Part shown: positions 51,436 to 64,000 of the stretch, piece by piece
How positions within the stretch are numbered: the first letter of the stretch is position 1
Layout: each line of letters starts with the position of its first letter
DNA from: Podarcis liolepis
Taxonomy: Eukaryota
Reading direction: 5' to 3' (one strand)
NCBI GenBank assembly: GCA_965112155.1
Contig: OZ218103.1
Length of the DNA: 64,000 bases
Notes under the pieces: model-generated
Seen by the model: the letters and a program-made list of their open reading frames with translations, nothing else
Databases searched by the model: none
Told to the model about the DNA's origin: nothing
Position numbers and translations under genes: made by a program

Positions 51436-53006
51436 CAACAATACCACCACCAACGGTTCCTTTCTTTCGGGAGTAAAAGCAAAAATGCTTGTAGGGCCTC
51501 GAACCAGCAGTGACCAATGGAAGGCTACCTATTCTTCCTCCTGTTAGTTCTCTCTTTAATAACATTTGTTGTCATGTAGCTTGTGTTCCTCACACTAAGA
51601 GGGGATAACTGGAACAGCAAAAATAAGAAACACTGGGCCCATCCCAAAGTACTTCCAAAAAAACACAGGATGTGCAAAAACTCAACTATTGTATCCCAAA
51701 GAAAACATGAAGTTTTAGCAAATTTGCTTCTAACTTGCAGTCTCTGCCTGTGAAGACACCATTTCCCAAAAACTGATTTGATTTAAGGAGTTCATATTCC
51801 TTTGACATAGATTATTTTTTCTTTTTTTTCTAGGCATAGAATATGAATGCTTGTGTCATTTCAGTCCAGATACTCGCTAGTGTAAGGTATTCATTGGCTG
51901 TTAACATTACATAAATGTCTTCCACCGACACTTTAAACTTATGCTAAACTGCAGTCCTGCCGCTCTGGGCTTGTGTTGTGTGTGTTTTAAATACTCAAAG
52001 TGTCCTGTTATAGAAAGTTCCAAAGGTCGCAGTGAAACCTCGCTCACATCCTGTTAATATTAAGTGAAGCACTAAGTGCCTTTTGGGCATAGAATCAAAG
52101 CTCCATTGGGAGGAGTCACATAAGATTCCAGTTTTCCTGATCCTAAAGGCACAAACAGCCCTTTACAGGAAAAAAAAGAGAGATGAAGCAAAAGTGGAAA
52201 AGGTATGTTTTCTTTCCAAACTCCAGGATGCTCTGATAACGAGAAAAGTCGGGAAGCTGTTCTAGTTAGGATAATAACACAATCCACCCAAAGACAAGTT
52301 AAAACACTTTAAAGTCCATTAAATTCAGTGTGAAAAAACAAAGGTCATTATTATCTTTGCAATGCAATTTAATTTACTTCACGTTGGCTCGGGGGGGGGG
52401 GACTCCATCTATTCTACCCTTTGAGGTGACCACAGCCTACTGAACTTACAGTATTGTGTCTTTTTAAGCCAGCTTTCACCTCTTATGGCACAGGAGGTGT
52501 CTATGTTGGGCATGTCGTCAGCAGTACATTACACCATGGGCACAGATTCCCCTGTAATCTTCTGGTAATTGACCTTCTGGTAATTGAACACAGGAACAAC
52601 TAGATGAATATCTAGCTGGACTGTACTAACTCAGATTATTGATAGGTTTGAATCCTGACCCCACATTACAAAGAAATACTATGTACATATGAAACTGGCA
52701 TTTACAGAAGAGTTCCAACCTAACCACCTTCCTAGTGGCTGGCAGGGAATTTTTAATGGGAGAGGACAGCCAAGCTTGCAATCCTGAAGTGGTACAGCTC
52801 AACAGGGGCGCGGGGGTACACATGGAGGGCTTAGCTCTCACACATTGCAAATAATATTAGTCTGTGCATGTGCAATGGTCATCAACATTCTGCCCAAGCA
52901 TTAAGGCTTTCCAAGTCTGAACAAGAGGGGTGCATTAGCAGTCATTTTCTGTTGGAGCTGTGGCTCCTCCACAACTTCCTATACATTGCTCTAGAACCCC
53001 AACATA

Positions 53007-53266
53007 CCGTATTTTTTGCTCTATAAGACTCACTTTTTCCCTCCTAAAAAGTTAGGGGAAATGTGTGTGGGTCTTATGGGGTGAGTTCAGGTTGCCCAGC
53101 TATCCCAGAAGCCAGAACAGCAAGAGGGATCGCTGCTTTCGCTGCACAGCGATCCCTCTTGTTGTTCTGTCTTCTGAGATTCAGAATACTTTTTTTCTTG
53201 TTTTCCTCCTCCAAAAACTGGGTGCGTCTTATGGTCTGGGGTGTCTTAATAGAGCGAAAAATACAG
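53007..53266. mobile_element. TcMar-Tc2/pogo-like MITE
   Basis: TA|CCGTATTTTTTGCTCTAT...ATAGAGCGAAAAATACAG|TA. Confidence 0.85.
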
Positions 53267-53569
53267 TAGCTCCATTGAGTGGAGGAAGCTGGTGATCTGA
53301 ATTTCTGTATGCTTGAGCTTACTTCTGCAAGCTAGTCAAGCCAAGTCATCTGACAAAAAGGCAAAACAAAATCATACCCAGGGTCGTACCAAAACACAAC
53401 CTTGGCAGGTATGAGAGGCTCGGCACATGCTTTAGAACCTTTTTGCAATGTGTTGGGGTTTCGAGGTAGCCATGCACAAGTTCCATGCTAGGTGAGTCTA
53501 GGTGGAAAGTTAGAAGGTAGAAAGTTTGGATGAATAAATAATTATTTTGGCTGTGTACTTTAACATTCT

Positions 53570-53600
<31 letters not shown>

Positions 53601-54639
53601 TTGTGTGCAATTGTTTTTGTCGCATTCTATTGTTTCTGTTTACCAAGACTGCTCCCCACCCTGAGCCCCCAGGGATAGAGAGGGCTATCTATCTAAGTAA
53701 AAAGAATAAAATAAAATATGTCAGCCCAGTGCTGAAAACAGCTGTGGGCTATATTGCTTCCTACGGGAACTCAGTGTTTTCTTTAGGATAATTATTCCAA
53801 CTCAAGAGATATTACCTGCACAAGCACATATACCGAGATGACAGATATATGTGAAAGTCTAAATCAATGTTCCCCAAGTGAAAGTTTGACTCCAGTTGGA
53901 AAAGCCCATCTCCTTTCCTGCTCCTGCTCTTCTGGCAAAAGCAAAGTTGCCCATTACTATAAGTACATTATAGTACTGGGATCCAGAGACAAATGCTGGC
54001 TCCCTTCAACAGTCCAGTTACCTAACTGGAAACCCCCCAGTACACAGAGTAAGCCTATTTGGCTCACTGTTTCAGGATCCTTTCAATTTGCCCATGGTTC
54101 TGAACACGGTGGTTGTTCCCTCAGCACATGACACAAGAATAGCAGCTATATTCCCAGAACCTGCAGGGAAATTGACAATACTGATCTATTTCTCAAAAAT
54201 GCTGGCTGCATTTTCCCTCTGTGTACTGGGAAGAATGTGGATTTACTGACTAAAGACACAAGAGGCGTCCGGTTATGCATCAGATTCAGAAGATGGCTAC
54301 CATGCCTTCTAGTACATGAAAGATTCTGGGGAAATACAACAGCTTTAAAAACCTTCCAGTTTCAGAGAAGATGGGGGCCTGGGGGCCTCAGCACCATACC
54401 AATGAATGTGGCAGCCAGATTTACCTTAGAACATGAGCTGATGCACTAACAGAGTTCTATTCCTATACACCTTTGGTTGATTTGATTGGTATCCTATTCT
54501 CTTTTAAAATGTGGGGAGTTTTGTGGGGGAGAGTGGTTATTGGATTGTTGTTGTTTTTATTTTGATTATGTATTTGGTGGTTTTGTATTTTGATTTTGTT
54601 CTGTGAACCACCCTGAGACCTCTGGGTATAGGGTGGTAT

Positions 54640-54976
54640 AAAGGTAAAGGACCCCTGACAGTTAAGTTCAGTCGCGAATGACTCTGGGGTTGTGGCGCTC
54701 ATCTCACTTTACAGGCCGAGGGAGCCGGCGTTTGTCTGCTTCCGCAGACAGTTTTTCTGGGTCATGTGGACAGCATGACTTAAGCTGCTTCTGGTGAAAC
54801 GCTGTTTACCTTCCCGCCTGAGAGGTACCCATTTATCTACTTGCACAGCATGCTTTCGAACTGCTAGGTTGGCAGGAGTAGGGACCGAACAACAGGAGCT
54901 CACCCCATCACAGGGATAAATTATTATTATATTATTCGAACCGCCGACCTTCTGATCGGCAAGTTCAAGCGGCACA
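54640..54976 (-). mobile_element. Sauria SINE (Squam1) inserted in an L2 tail
   Basis: 20-bp TSD CTCTGGGTATAGGGTGGTAT. Confidence 0.88.
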
Positions 54977-55359
54977 CTCTGGGTATAGGGTGGTATGTTG
55001 TTGTTGTTGTTTTCTGCTTTGCAGGTGTTGAGTGTGATACTCACTACAAAACCCAAAGTTGTGTCCCTTTAGGCCAGTGATGGAGAACATGTGGCTTTCC
55101 AGATGTTCCAGAATACCAGCTCCCATCATCTGTAACCACTAGTCATGATGGCTGGAGCTGAGAGGAATAGAAGAACTAACACCCATCTTTGACATGCCCT
55201 TTTTAAAATAATAATAAAAGAACTCTGTATCCAGGTTTTTAGATTCCAAACTTAAAACCTTCCAATTCCCCCCATCATAAACCTGATTTCAAAAGCAATG
55301 TAACAGATATAGCAACAGCAAGTAGCTTAGGGCCACACCTCGACTGGTGCCAATGGGAA

Positions 55360-56425
55360 CTTTTTCACATGGTGAACAGCAGCCAAGTGGATAGGGGTGA
55401 TCCAACAGGCACTGTGCTGAGTACACAGACTTCCAAAAAGCTTTCAGGATAGTTCCCCACCAAAGACTTGTGAGTCATTGGATAATTGGTTAAAAAAAAG
55501 TAAGTGGAGTGTATGAATAAATGGCATTTTCAGCATGGAGAGATTTGAGTTATGGGTTTTTCCCAAGCAACAGTACTGAGATCTGTGCTTTTTAACTGAT
55601 TCATAAATGACCTGGAGTTATGGGTGAGGACTCGGGTGTTTGTAATTGTTCAGGGTGGCAAGAACAAAAAAATTGCAAGCAGTTCCAAAAGGATCTCTCT
55701 AAACCATCTAAATGGGCATTAAATTGGCAAATATGATTCAGTGTTAAGCAAGTGTAAAGTAAAGCACATTGGGGCAAAAAACAAACCTAGCTAGTTTCGC
55801 ATAAACACAGTGTCTGAACTGGTGGTGGCTGACCATGAATATGGCTCGATGAAAAAGTTGACCCAGTGTGCAGCAGCCATGAAAAAAGGGTCAGTTCCAT
55901 GCAAACCATCATTAGGAAAGGTTTCAAATATAAAACTTCCAATATAATAATGTCATTCTACAAATCTACGGTGCGACCGCACTTGGAATACGGTGCAAAA
56001 TTCTGGTTGTTGCACCTCAAAAAATATAATGTAGAGCAAGAAAAGGTTCTGGAAAGGGCAACCAAAACTATTATAGGGCTGAAACAACTCTGCTATAAGG
56101 AAAGGTCACAACATTTGAAGCATTTTAGTTTAGAAAAAAGGTAAGGTAGTGGGAACATGATCGAGGTGTAAAAAATAAAGTATGGTGTTGAGAGAATGGA
56201 TAGGGAAACATTTTCTCTCTCTCTCTCACAATACTAGAATCTGGAGTTATCCAATGAAGCTGAATGTTGGATGACCACAACAGACAATAAGATGTACTTC
56301 TCGCGGAGCATAAACAATGGAATTCAATAGCAGGTATTAAAACAAAAAACAGCTACTAAACAGCAAATTACATGATCAAAGTCACACCTAATTTGAATCC
56401 AAGGATGTTTTTATCAATGGCTATT
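55360..56425 (+). mobile_element. Old CR1 LINE ORF2 fragment (degenerate)
   Basis: FYKSTVRPHLEYGAKFW...EKVLERATK...FSLEKR; upstream gacttccaaaaagcttt (DFQKAF) RT motif. Confidence 0.85.
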
Positions 56426-56432
56426 TATAATA

Positions 56433-56684
56433 CAGTGGTACCTTAGTTGAAGAATAGCTTAGTTTATGAACAACTTGGATTAAGAACGCTACAAACCCAG
56501 AGGTAGGTGTTTTGGTTTGTGAACTTTGCCTTGCAATAAGAACATGTTCCGCTTCCTGTTGAGTGTGTTCCATTTGTAAATTGAGTCCCCCGCTGCTATG
56601 GGAAAGCACACCTTGGTTTCAGAGTGCTTTGGCTTAAAAACGAACTTCCGGAACGGATTAAGTTCATAAACCAAGGTACCACTA
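56433..56684. mobile_element. TcMar-Tigger-like MITE
   Basis: TA|CAGTGGTACCTT...AAGGTACCACT. Confidence 0.8.
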
Positions 56685-57032
56685 CATTCTGTGCAATACC
56701 GCTCTGTATGTTTTGCAGTCGGTCGCTGGAGAAATCTGCTCCCTGCTGAGCAGCAAGGCAGTTTTGTTTAAAAAAACATTGCAACAAGCCTAGGCATAGC
56801 CAAGGGGGGCAGCTGCTCCCCCATCAAAATCAATACAAATATGAGGTTCTGCCCCCACCCCAACAAAAGGCTGCCCCTGCCTAACAAAAATCTAGGCTAT
56901 GCCCATGGCAGCCAGCTCCCTCCAAGCTTGTCTTACAAAGTTCCACGGATGCTGCTGGAACTGGGAATGTTTTTGGGAGGAGTCGCTAGAGACTAGTGCT
57001 TTTCTGGGTTCTCCCCGTCTCTCTACCACATA

Positions 57033-57252
57033 CAGTGGATGCTCGGGTTGTGAACATGATCCATGCGGGAAGCACGTTTGCAACCCACAGCGTCCACAAC
57101 CCGCAGTACCACATCTGCGCATGTGTAGGTCACAATTCAGCACGTGCAAGCGCCGAAACCCGGAAGTAACCCGTTCCGGTACTTCCGGCTTTGATGCAGT
57201 GCACAACCCGAAATCGTGCAACCCGAAGCATCTGTAACCCGAGGTATGACTG
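57033..57252. mobile_element. TcMar-Tigger-like MITE
   Basis: TA|CAGTGGATGCTCGGGTT...AACCCGAGGTATGACTG|TA. Confidence 0.8.
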
Positions 57253-59736
57253 TACTGACAAGCAGCCTTCTTATTCTCCCAGGTATAAAAGAGTGGGGCA
57301 GCCTAAAGCAGCGCTCTGGCAATGCACAAAGTGCACTTAGTATTGCACAGTCGTTCTATCAATCTGCAAGAAGACAGAACAATAAGAAGCTGGAGAAAGT
57401 GACAGCTCAGCAGAAAAGACCTTGAGATTTACTCCTGTTTAGCTGACAGCATTTGTTAATCTAATTAATGTTGATCGTTCATTTGGTTATGGTCTTCAGG
57501 TATTCTCAAATACCTTCCTTTTAGACAAAGAGAAAGATAGAGAGGGAACTTCTACTTATGAGAAAGAGGAAGTGGATAGAAAATAGGGGTGGCCCTGTGG
57601 AATTTCATGGTCTAAATTTCCCTTTTCCCTTCCATTAAGAGTCACAGGGGACCTTCCATTCTCCCTGTGTAATAGATTTGCTGTCTCATCTTCTGTATCT
57701 GATTTTAACACCCTCCTTCCTAAGGTGAGTTAACCACACGTGATGAGGAGGGACATCCTGAAAAAGTTTTAGATAATGAAAATTTTGATACAAGTGAACC
57801 AGTGGTTTCAGCTGAACAAAGTTGCTTTTTTCATCTCCATAACTATTCAATCTCATACAAGGACATTCATGAGTTAAAAATAAATGGTGTGTAAAGCAGT
57901 GGTGTTGCAGCATTTGCCAGCGCCCAAGGTGCATGCATGCAGGGCAGAAGCAGGGGCAGGGTGCACCCGCTGCACCAATCCAGTCCTCACTGACCCCCTG
58001 CTATGCCCCTGTGTAAACAGCATCTTGTTTTGGAGTCCACCAAGTCTGCTAAGCAGTCAAACACCAAACAGTCCAAGACCTACAAGGTGGCTGGTGGAAA
58101 GGTAATCTTAGGATGGGGCATTCCTCTACAAGTCTTATCTTTTTTGGAGACTCAGATGTTTTGACCTTGTCTACAAGGTTTCATGGGGTATGACACAGCA
58201 GGACGTCACTACTCAAAATTCTTGGGACTCATTTACCTCTGCCTCCCTCTAAAATTGATTCGATTCAATTAACTCACCTTCCTTCGTGCACAGGTTCTAA
58301 AAGGATCGTCTTGATGCTTAACACTCCTCAGCTTCCTTCCTCTATATTGAGATCTACAAACCAATTTTTCCTTTTGTGAAAGATCTTTCCTGAAGCTAGC
58401 AACAAGCTCCCTGCAGACTTGTAACCACTGTCTCGGGGAACTCCACTGGGATGCAGGGTGAATTCACATGAGCAAAAGTATACCCTGGGTTGGGCATGAC
58501 ACGACTGTGCCATTACCGTTGACACAAGCCCTTGAATGACAAGAGCAATTTTAAGCACACAACTGCAAATGATTGCTTCTTTTCAGACAGAAGACTGCAT
58601 GGTGGGCCAATCACAGAACCACAATGCTCTGTGCACTGACCTCACCTTTCACAAGGCCTATTTTTAGGCAAGTGAATCAGACCACAACTTCAAGGAGTGC
58701 ATATGGGCAAGTCAAACAGAAACAAAGGCAAAGGAACAATTCACGACATCATGCAGGGGTATTGATGTGCATGAAACCAAAACGTTCTGTCTCACAGGGT
58801 TAGGACCACTGTGGATGGTAATCAATTTTTTATTTTTATTTTTATTTTAAAGTAGCCGAAAAAGTGAGAGAAAACTGCCTCCTTAGAATACCTACTCTCC
58901 CCTAGAGAGAAATGGGATTTCTGAAAATAAGAGACCATTTTAGTTGCCTGGATAAATCGATACACATTTTCTTGGCAGAGTTAGATTGCTGCTTCTCTCA
59001 ACTGCTTGCTGGGTAGCAACTCAAGACACAGGTCAAGGAAATGAAACTGATGTACCTTTACGTTTATTAGTGAGAACCATTCAATGCAAGTTTTCATTTT
59101 CTTCTCTCTCCCAGCAGAACAAAGAAAATTACCATCCTGCAAGAAATCATCAATAATTTATTCCTAATGTTATTAACCACTGAGAAGTGTTTGATTGGGA
59201 CATATTATGTTGTTTGATTGCCCTGTTTATATTGTAACTTCAAAGTCAATTTTGAAAGATACCTATTATATCTGCATGTGCGCTCAAAAAGCAAACACCA
59301 TCTTTGAGTCAATAAGTTATTTCAATAATTTAAATAAGATTTCTATGGGCTCTGTTGCTTAATGACATCTGCTTTTGCTTTCACTAATTTAATTTCTTCA
59401 TATGATAGCCTTTCCTCTGAATATGTGTTTTCTCCTAATATTACAATGCTTGTTATCTTTACCAAGATGTTAATCTAGGGTGAATGGACATTTACTCAAG
59501 AGCTGGTTGCTGGTTTAGTGGAGTAGCTAAGAGATTTAGCTAAGACTCTCAAAAGCTCTGAGCTCTGCAGCAATTGCACTAGGTCCACACTCAGGGGCAA
59601 GCATAGATTTCCCCTGCCCCCAGCCTGAATTATAAACTATTTCAGAGAAAAACTATGGGGTTATTGTGCTTGCCTCAGATTGGAAAAAATGAATTATGTG
59701 TCTCCAAGGTTCATATTGGAGACAAGGCTCATATTA

Positions 59737-60111
59737 GGGGACGCGGGTGGCACTGTGGTCTAAACCACTGAGCCTCTTGGGCTTGCCAATCAGAAGGTTG
59801 GCGGTTCGAATCCCCGCGACGGTGTGAGCTCCCGTTGCTCGGTCCCTGCTCTTGGCAACCTAGCAGTTCAAAAGCACATCAAAGTGCAAGTAGATAAATA
59901 GGTACTGCTCCGGCGGGAAGGTGAATGGCATTTCTGTGTGCTGCTCTGGTTCACCAGAAGAGGCTTAGTCATGCTGGCCACATGACCTGGAAAAACTGTC
60001 TGCGGACAAACGCCGGCTCCCTTAGCCTGTAAAGCAAGATGAGCACCACAACCCCAGAGTCGTCCGCGACTGGACTTAACTGTCAGGGGTCCTTTACCTT
60101 ACCTTTTTTTT
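59737..60111 (+). mobile_element. Sauria SINE (Squam1), full length
   Basis: gggacgcgggtggcactgtgg...ggttcgaatccc (B box)...tttacctt tail; TSD AAGGCTCATATT. Confidence 0.93.
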
Positions 60112-60369
60112 AAGGCTCATATTCTGAACCAGATTGTTATGAATTTAAGTGACACCATACTGGTCTGGAGCAGATTAGTTTGTCTGTGACTAATGGGGTC
60201 TATGTGACCTTGTATGAGCAAAAAGTCCTCCTTGATCTGGCTCTGGTCCTTGAGAAGCCAGAGTTGTTGCCAGGGGTGTCTTTTTCCTTCTCTAGCCAAT
60301 AATAATGCAAGTCAGACTTTGCCATGCTGCACTATGCTTCTGTACCTTCTAGATTTGATAGCTTCAATG

Positions 60370-60790
60370 CGCTTCATCTGGGGCTGCCCTTGAAGATGAT
60401 TTAGAAGCTTCAGCTGGGAAAGACTACTCCTGCACGACTCCTAACAGGTACTGATCAGCAGACACATATTCAGTCTGTTTTGCACCAGCTACACTGATTG
60501 CCAATTTGCTTCATAGCCCAAGTTAAGGTGTTGGTTTTAACCTTTCCTTGCATGGCCTGGGACACTCTTGCTTTAAGGACCCCTTCTCCCCTTATGAACC
60601 CACACACCAGTTGGGAGGCTCAGCAAACCTTACTGTCCATGCCATCTGTGGAATAAGCTTGAGCAGGGAAGACCACAAACAGAACCTTCCAGCAACTGCC
60701 CTGAATTTGTGAAAACTTCGTCCTAAAGAGATGACAAAAACTCCTTCTCTGATGTTTCTTTGGAGAGGGTGTGTGTAAGGCCCATTTATT
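60370..60790 (+). mobile_element. Old L2 fragment
   Basis: gggctgcccttgaag...gaagcttcagctgg...ccagctacactgattgcca, degenerate GLPLK/KLQL/LHWLP. Confidence 0.6.
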
Positions 60791-60908
60791 TTGCTAAATT
60801 CTGCTTTCAGAATTATCTTCTGTAGTTCTACGGTGCTGTTATGCCACTACATTTTTTTTGTTCTAAATTGTACCATTATTACTGTGGATTTTAAAGAAAT
60901 AATGAATA

Positions 60909-61106
60909 CAGTAGTACCGCAAAGTACTCCGGGAAGTAGTGTCCCAGTTTGCAAACTTTACATCGGTCTAAGAACGGAATCCGAATAATGGAAGGGCACC
61001 AGTGGCAGGAGGCCTCATTAGAGAAAGCGCTCCTTGGTTTAAGAACGGTTTTGGTTTAAGAACGGACTTCCAGAACAGATTAAGTTTGTAAACTGAGGTA
61101 CCACTG
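60909..61106. mobile_element. TcMar-Tigger-like MITE (decayed)
   Basis: TA|CAGTAGTACC...GAGGTACCACTG. Confidence 0.7.
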
Positions 61107-62382
61107 TTCTTGAGATGAGCAGTCTTGACCATGCAGAAAATCAGCAGTTGGCATAAGGCTGTTTCACTCTCCCAAACCCCTCTCCTTCTTTGTTTTACAC
61201 AGCTCCTGACCAAGTCAAAGGGGATTTGTGCAAGGTAACTTTCCACTGGGTTGTACCCCAGATTTTAATCATTGTCTTTCTGTACTCAGAGCACAAACTC
61301 AAATTTTACAGCAAAATGATGCAAGTATTCATTTTCATTTAGTTTAGTTCCAAACCCGATGACCATGAAGTCTGGACACCACAAGTCTGCAGAAGGGTGT
61401 GTGTGTGTGTGGCTTACTCAGGTTTTGTGCTGGGAATTAATGATGCTTCGAAAGGGATTGACAGAAAGTATGCTAGTGGTACAAACAACAGCTGCTAAAA
61501 AGAACTCTCCACACTCCCTTCCCTGTCCTATGCACCTGGCTGGGATTATTGTTGTTTTTCAAGGTGAGCAAGGAGCAATCCAGAGGCCTCCAGAGTCTTC
61601 TGGACACACCTGTGCAACTTTTGTACAACTGTTGTACACAGAGAAAACTTGGGAGCAACATGCTGAAAGACACAGGAAATGACTAAACAAGGTGACCGCA
61701 AAAAATATTTTTTTTGTAAAACATCGCAATAGCCGAATCAATGGGCAGCAAGCACCAAGATACATATGAGTATGTTCCCTTTCTCTTTTGCATGCCCATG
61801 TGCATATCTTTGCTTGAGTCAATGCTCCTTAGGTTATATTTTTGCCTTGCAAGGACTGATCCTAGGAAGGAAATAATGTTCCGCAAGCCCTTACTGCTAC
61901 TTGTGTTGGGTTGCCCATCCATCACTCATCTGATTTCTTTCCTACTTGTGTAATTCCAGGCAGGCAGTGATCACAGTATGATAGTGAATTTTACCTGTGC
62001 CCTGTTGTCACTAAGGGCACAAAGTCCCACTAGAGAGAACGGCGTTTCTTATACTGGCCGTACAAACCATCGTAGCTAATCAAGGATCATTGCTGAAAGA
62101 AGTGGGCTCCTGTCCATTCTGATTCACAAATTTTGGTTCACCGGCACCATGTTTCCTCACCAAGCTGTATATGCACGATATTGTATTGTAAGATACTCAG
62201 GTTATGAAACAGAAGGTTCAAGGTTCAGCTCTTGCTTCTAGACTCATCTGGGCACCTTAGACCTTTCTCTTAGCTTCTTTTCTTGTTTCCCCCAGCCTCA
62301 ATTTGCAACAGGGGGTAATAAATAATGATAGTGTCCTAATTTGCAAGATCAGATCAAGAAGAAGAATATGAATTCATCATAC

Positions 62383-62507
62383 CAGTGGCGTAGCGTGGGG
62401 GGTGCAGGGGGGGCCGGCCGCACCGGGTGCAACATCTGGGGGTTAGGGTTAGGGGGCGCAAATTACTTGCCTTGCCCCGGGTGCTGACAACCCACGCTAC
62501 GCCACTG
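62383..62507 (+). mobile_element. hAT MITE with TTAGGG repeats (copy 5, 125 bp)
   Basis: Same TIRs; TSD CATCATAC. Confidence 0.93.
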
Positions 62508-62792
62508 CATCATACTAAGAACTGGGCCCTGTAATCTTAGGCTGATCTGCTTCCATATTGAACTCAAATGTATAGAACAGGGGTATCACTTGGAACTATA
62601 TAGTTTTAAATGTGTTTGTAGGGGGATTGTGGGTTTGCTTTGTTTTTGTTCCTGTTTTTATTGTGTATTTTGTGATTTTATTTTGTATTTGAGTGCTGTG
62701 AAGTGCTCTGAGATCTTCAGATGAAGGGCAGTATACCAATTTAATTAATAAATAAAATAATAATAACCAGGGCAGTTTACCTACAATGCTGT

Positions 62793-62929
62793 NNNNNNNN
62801 NNNNNNNNNNNNNNNNNNNNNNNNNNNNNNNNNNNNNNNNNNNNNNNNNNNNNNNNNNNNNNNNNNNNNNNNNNNNNNNNNNNNNNNNNNNNNNNNNNNN
62901 NNNNNNNNNNNNNNNNNNNNNNNNNNNNN
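62793..62929. other. Assembly gap (N run)
   Basis: Run of n. Confidence 0.99.
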
Positions 62930-64000
62930 AAACAAGCCTGCTCAAGTGAAATGGACTTGAGTGAACATCACTTGGATGTATTTTGTGTGTGTGTGTGTTT
63001 CTGGTGGCTTCCAAATATTTAGTTCAGGAAAGAGGGGAAGGGAAAGGAGGAATGCCACTACCAGCTTATAATAATGGATAATAATGAGCCAGATCCCTGA
63101 AAGCTTCCTTCACCTTCCTGCTTCCTTTGTTTGCTACCACTTCCCTCTGACGTGACAGAGGCATCTGCCTCTCCAGTTTGCTCCTCATTCCCACTCTTAT
63201 CAAAATGAAGGCTGACACTCATCAGCCACAAAGTGAAACTGACTTGTGTCACTGCGATGAGTCTCTCCAGCAGATGGCGAGTGTAAAATCACAGCCTTCA
63301 GATGCTTTAGCTGTCAGTTGTCAACACACAAAAGGGCCAAATGCAAAGGTCCTGTGAGAGCAAGGTGATGGCACCTGAGACTTGGTATATGAGCACAAAT
63401 TCACATTCTTTTGCTGCAGATTAAATTAATGTGGCCTAAGAACCACCATTGCTTGGGTTCTATAAAAGGATTTGCATTTCTGGTCTGTGCCACTTAACAT
63501 GTGAAAGGGACACCCACCATTCTGTACCTTTCTGTTTCCACCATGTTAACCTGCAATTTAAAAAAGAAATGTCTCAAAACATAGGTTTAAATGTATGGTT
63601 CAATACGTATTTCAGCCTTCACCCTCTCCAGATGTTCTGGACTACAACTCCTATCAGTACCAGATAGCAGAACAGTGCACACTTTGTTTCGAAAACCTTC
63701 AGTTTTCAGAAGTAAATATGATATTGATAAATATGACAACAAATATGAAGAAGCAGGAACCTGAAAGTGACAGTTGAGAAACAGACTGATCAAATTTCAC
63801 GTAGCATCCATTGAGTCTTGGTTCACTACCCTGTTTTTCAGCTCTTTTTATGGAAATTAGTATTTTATGCCTGTTGACAGAGGAAGACTGGAGCAGGCAC
63901 AACAATTTTCAGAATATGTAATAATCTGTTTTACTCTAATGATGATGGTTACTTCTGTTTTTATTGTGCGTGTTTTTGCTCCTCATAAACTGGCACAGCC

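Overview
Vertebrate genomic DNA, most likely from a lacertid lizard (inferred from Sauria-SINE/Squam1, Squam3-type SINEs, RTE-BovB, Penelope, CR1, L2). The window lies inside the astrotactin-1 gene (ASTN1) on the minus strand. Four coding exons are visible with canonical AG/GT borders and consistent phases: 34421-34608, 20555-20948, 17422-17568 and 13957-14064. They correspond to exons 2-5 by comparison with the mammalian protein as I recall it; exon 1 is beyond the right edge. The rest is intron dense with transposons, and nearly all long ORFs in the track are spurious or TE-derived. The most interesting signal is a set of young non-autonomous hAT DNA transposons with perfect TIRs and perfect 8-bp TSDs (4214-5271, 8897-10311, 18376-19035). 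Each carries a different CpG-island-like cargo resembling promoter + first exon + splice donor + start of intron, suggesting a 'Pack-hAT' promoter-capture system. Also notable: a five-copy hAT MITE family with TTAGGG repeats and a 22-bp VNTR, a Penelope-derived 112-bp perfect hairpin with hammerhead-like motifs, and Tc2-like MITEs filled with tandem stem-loops. Family names come from recalled consensus features, not database searches.
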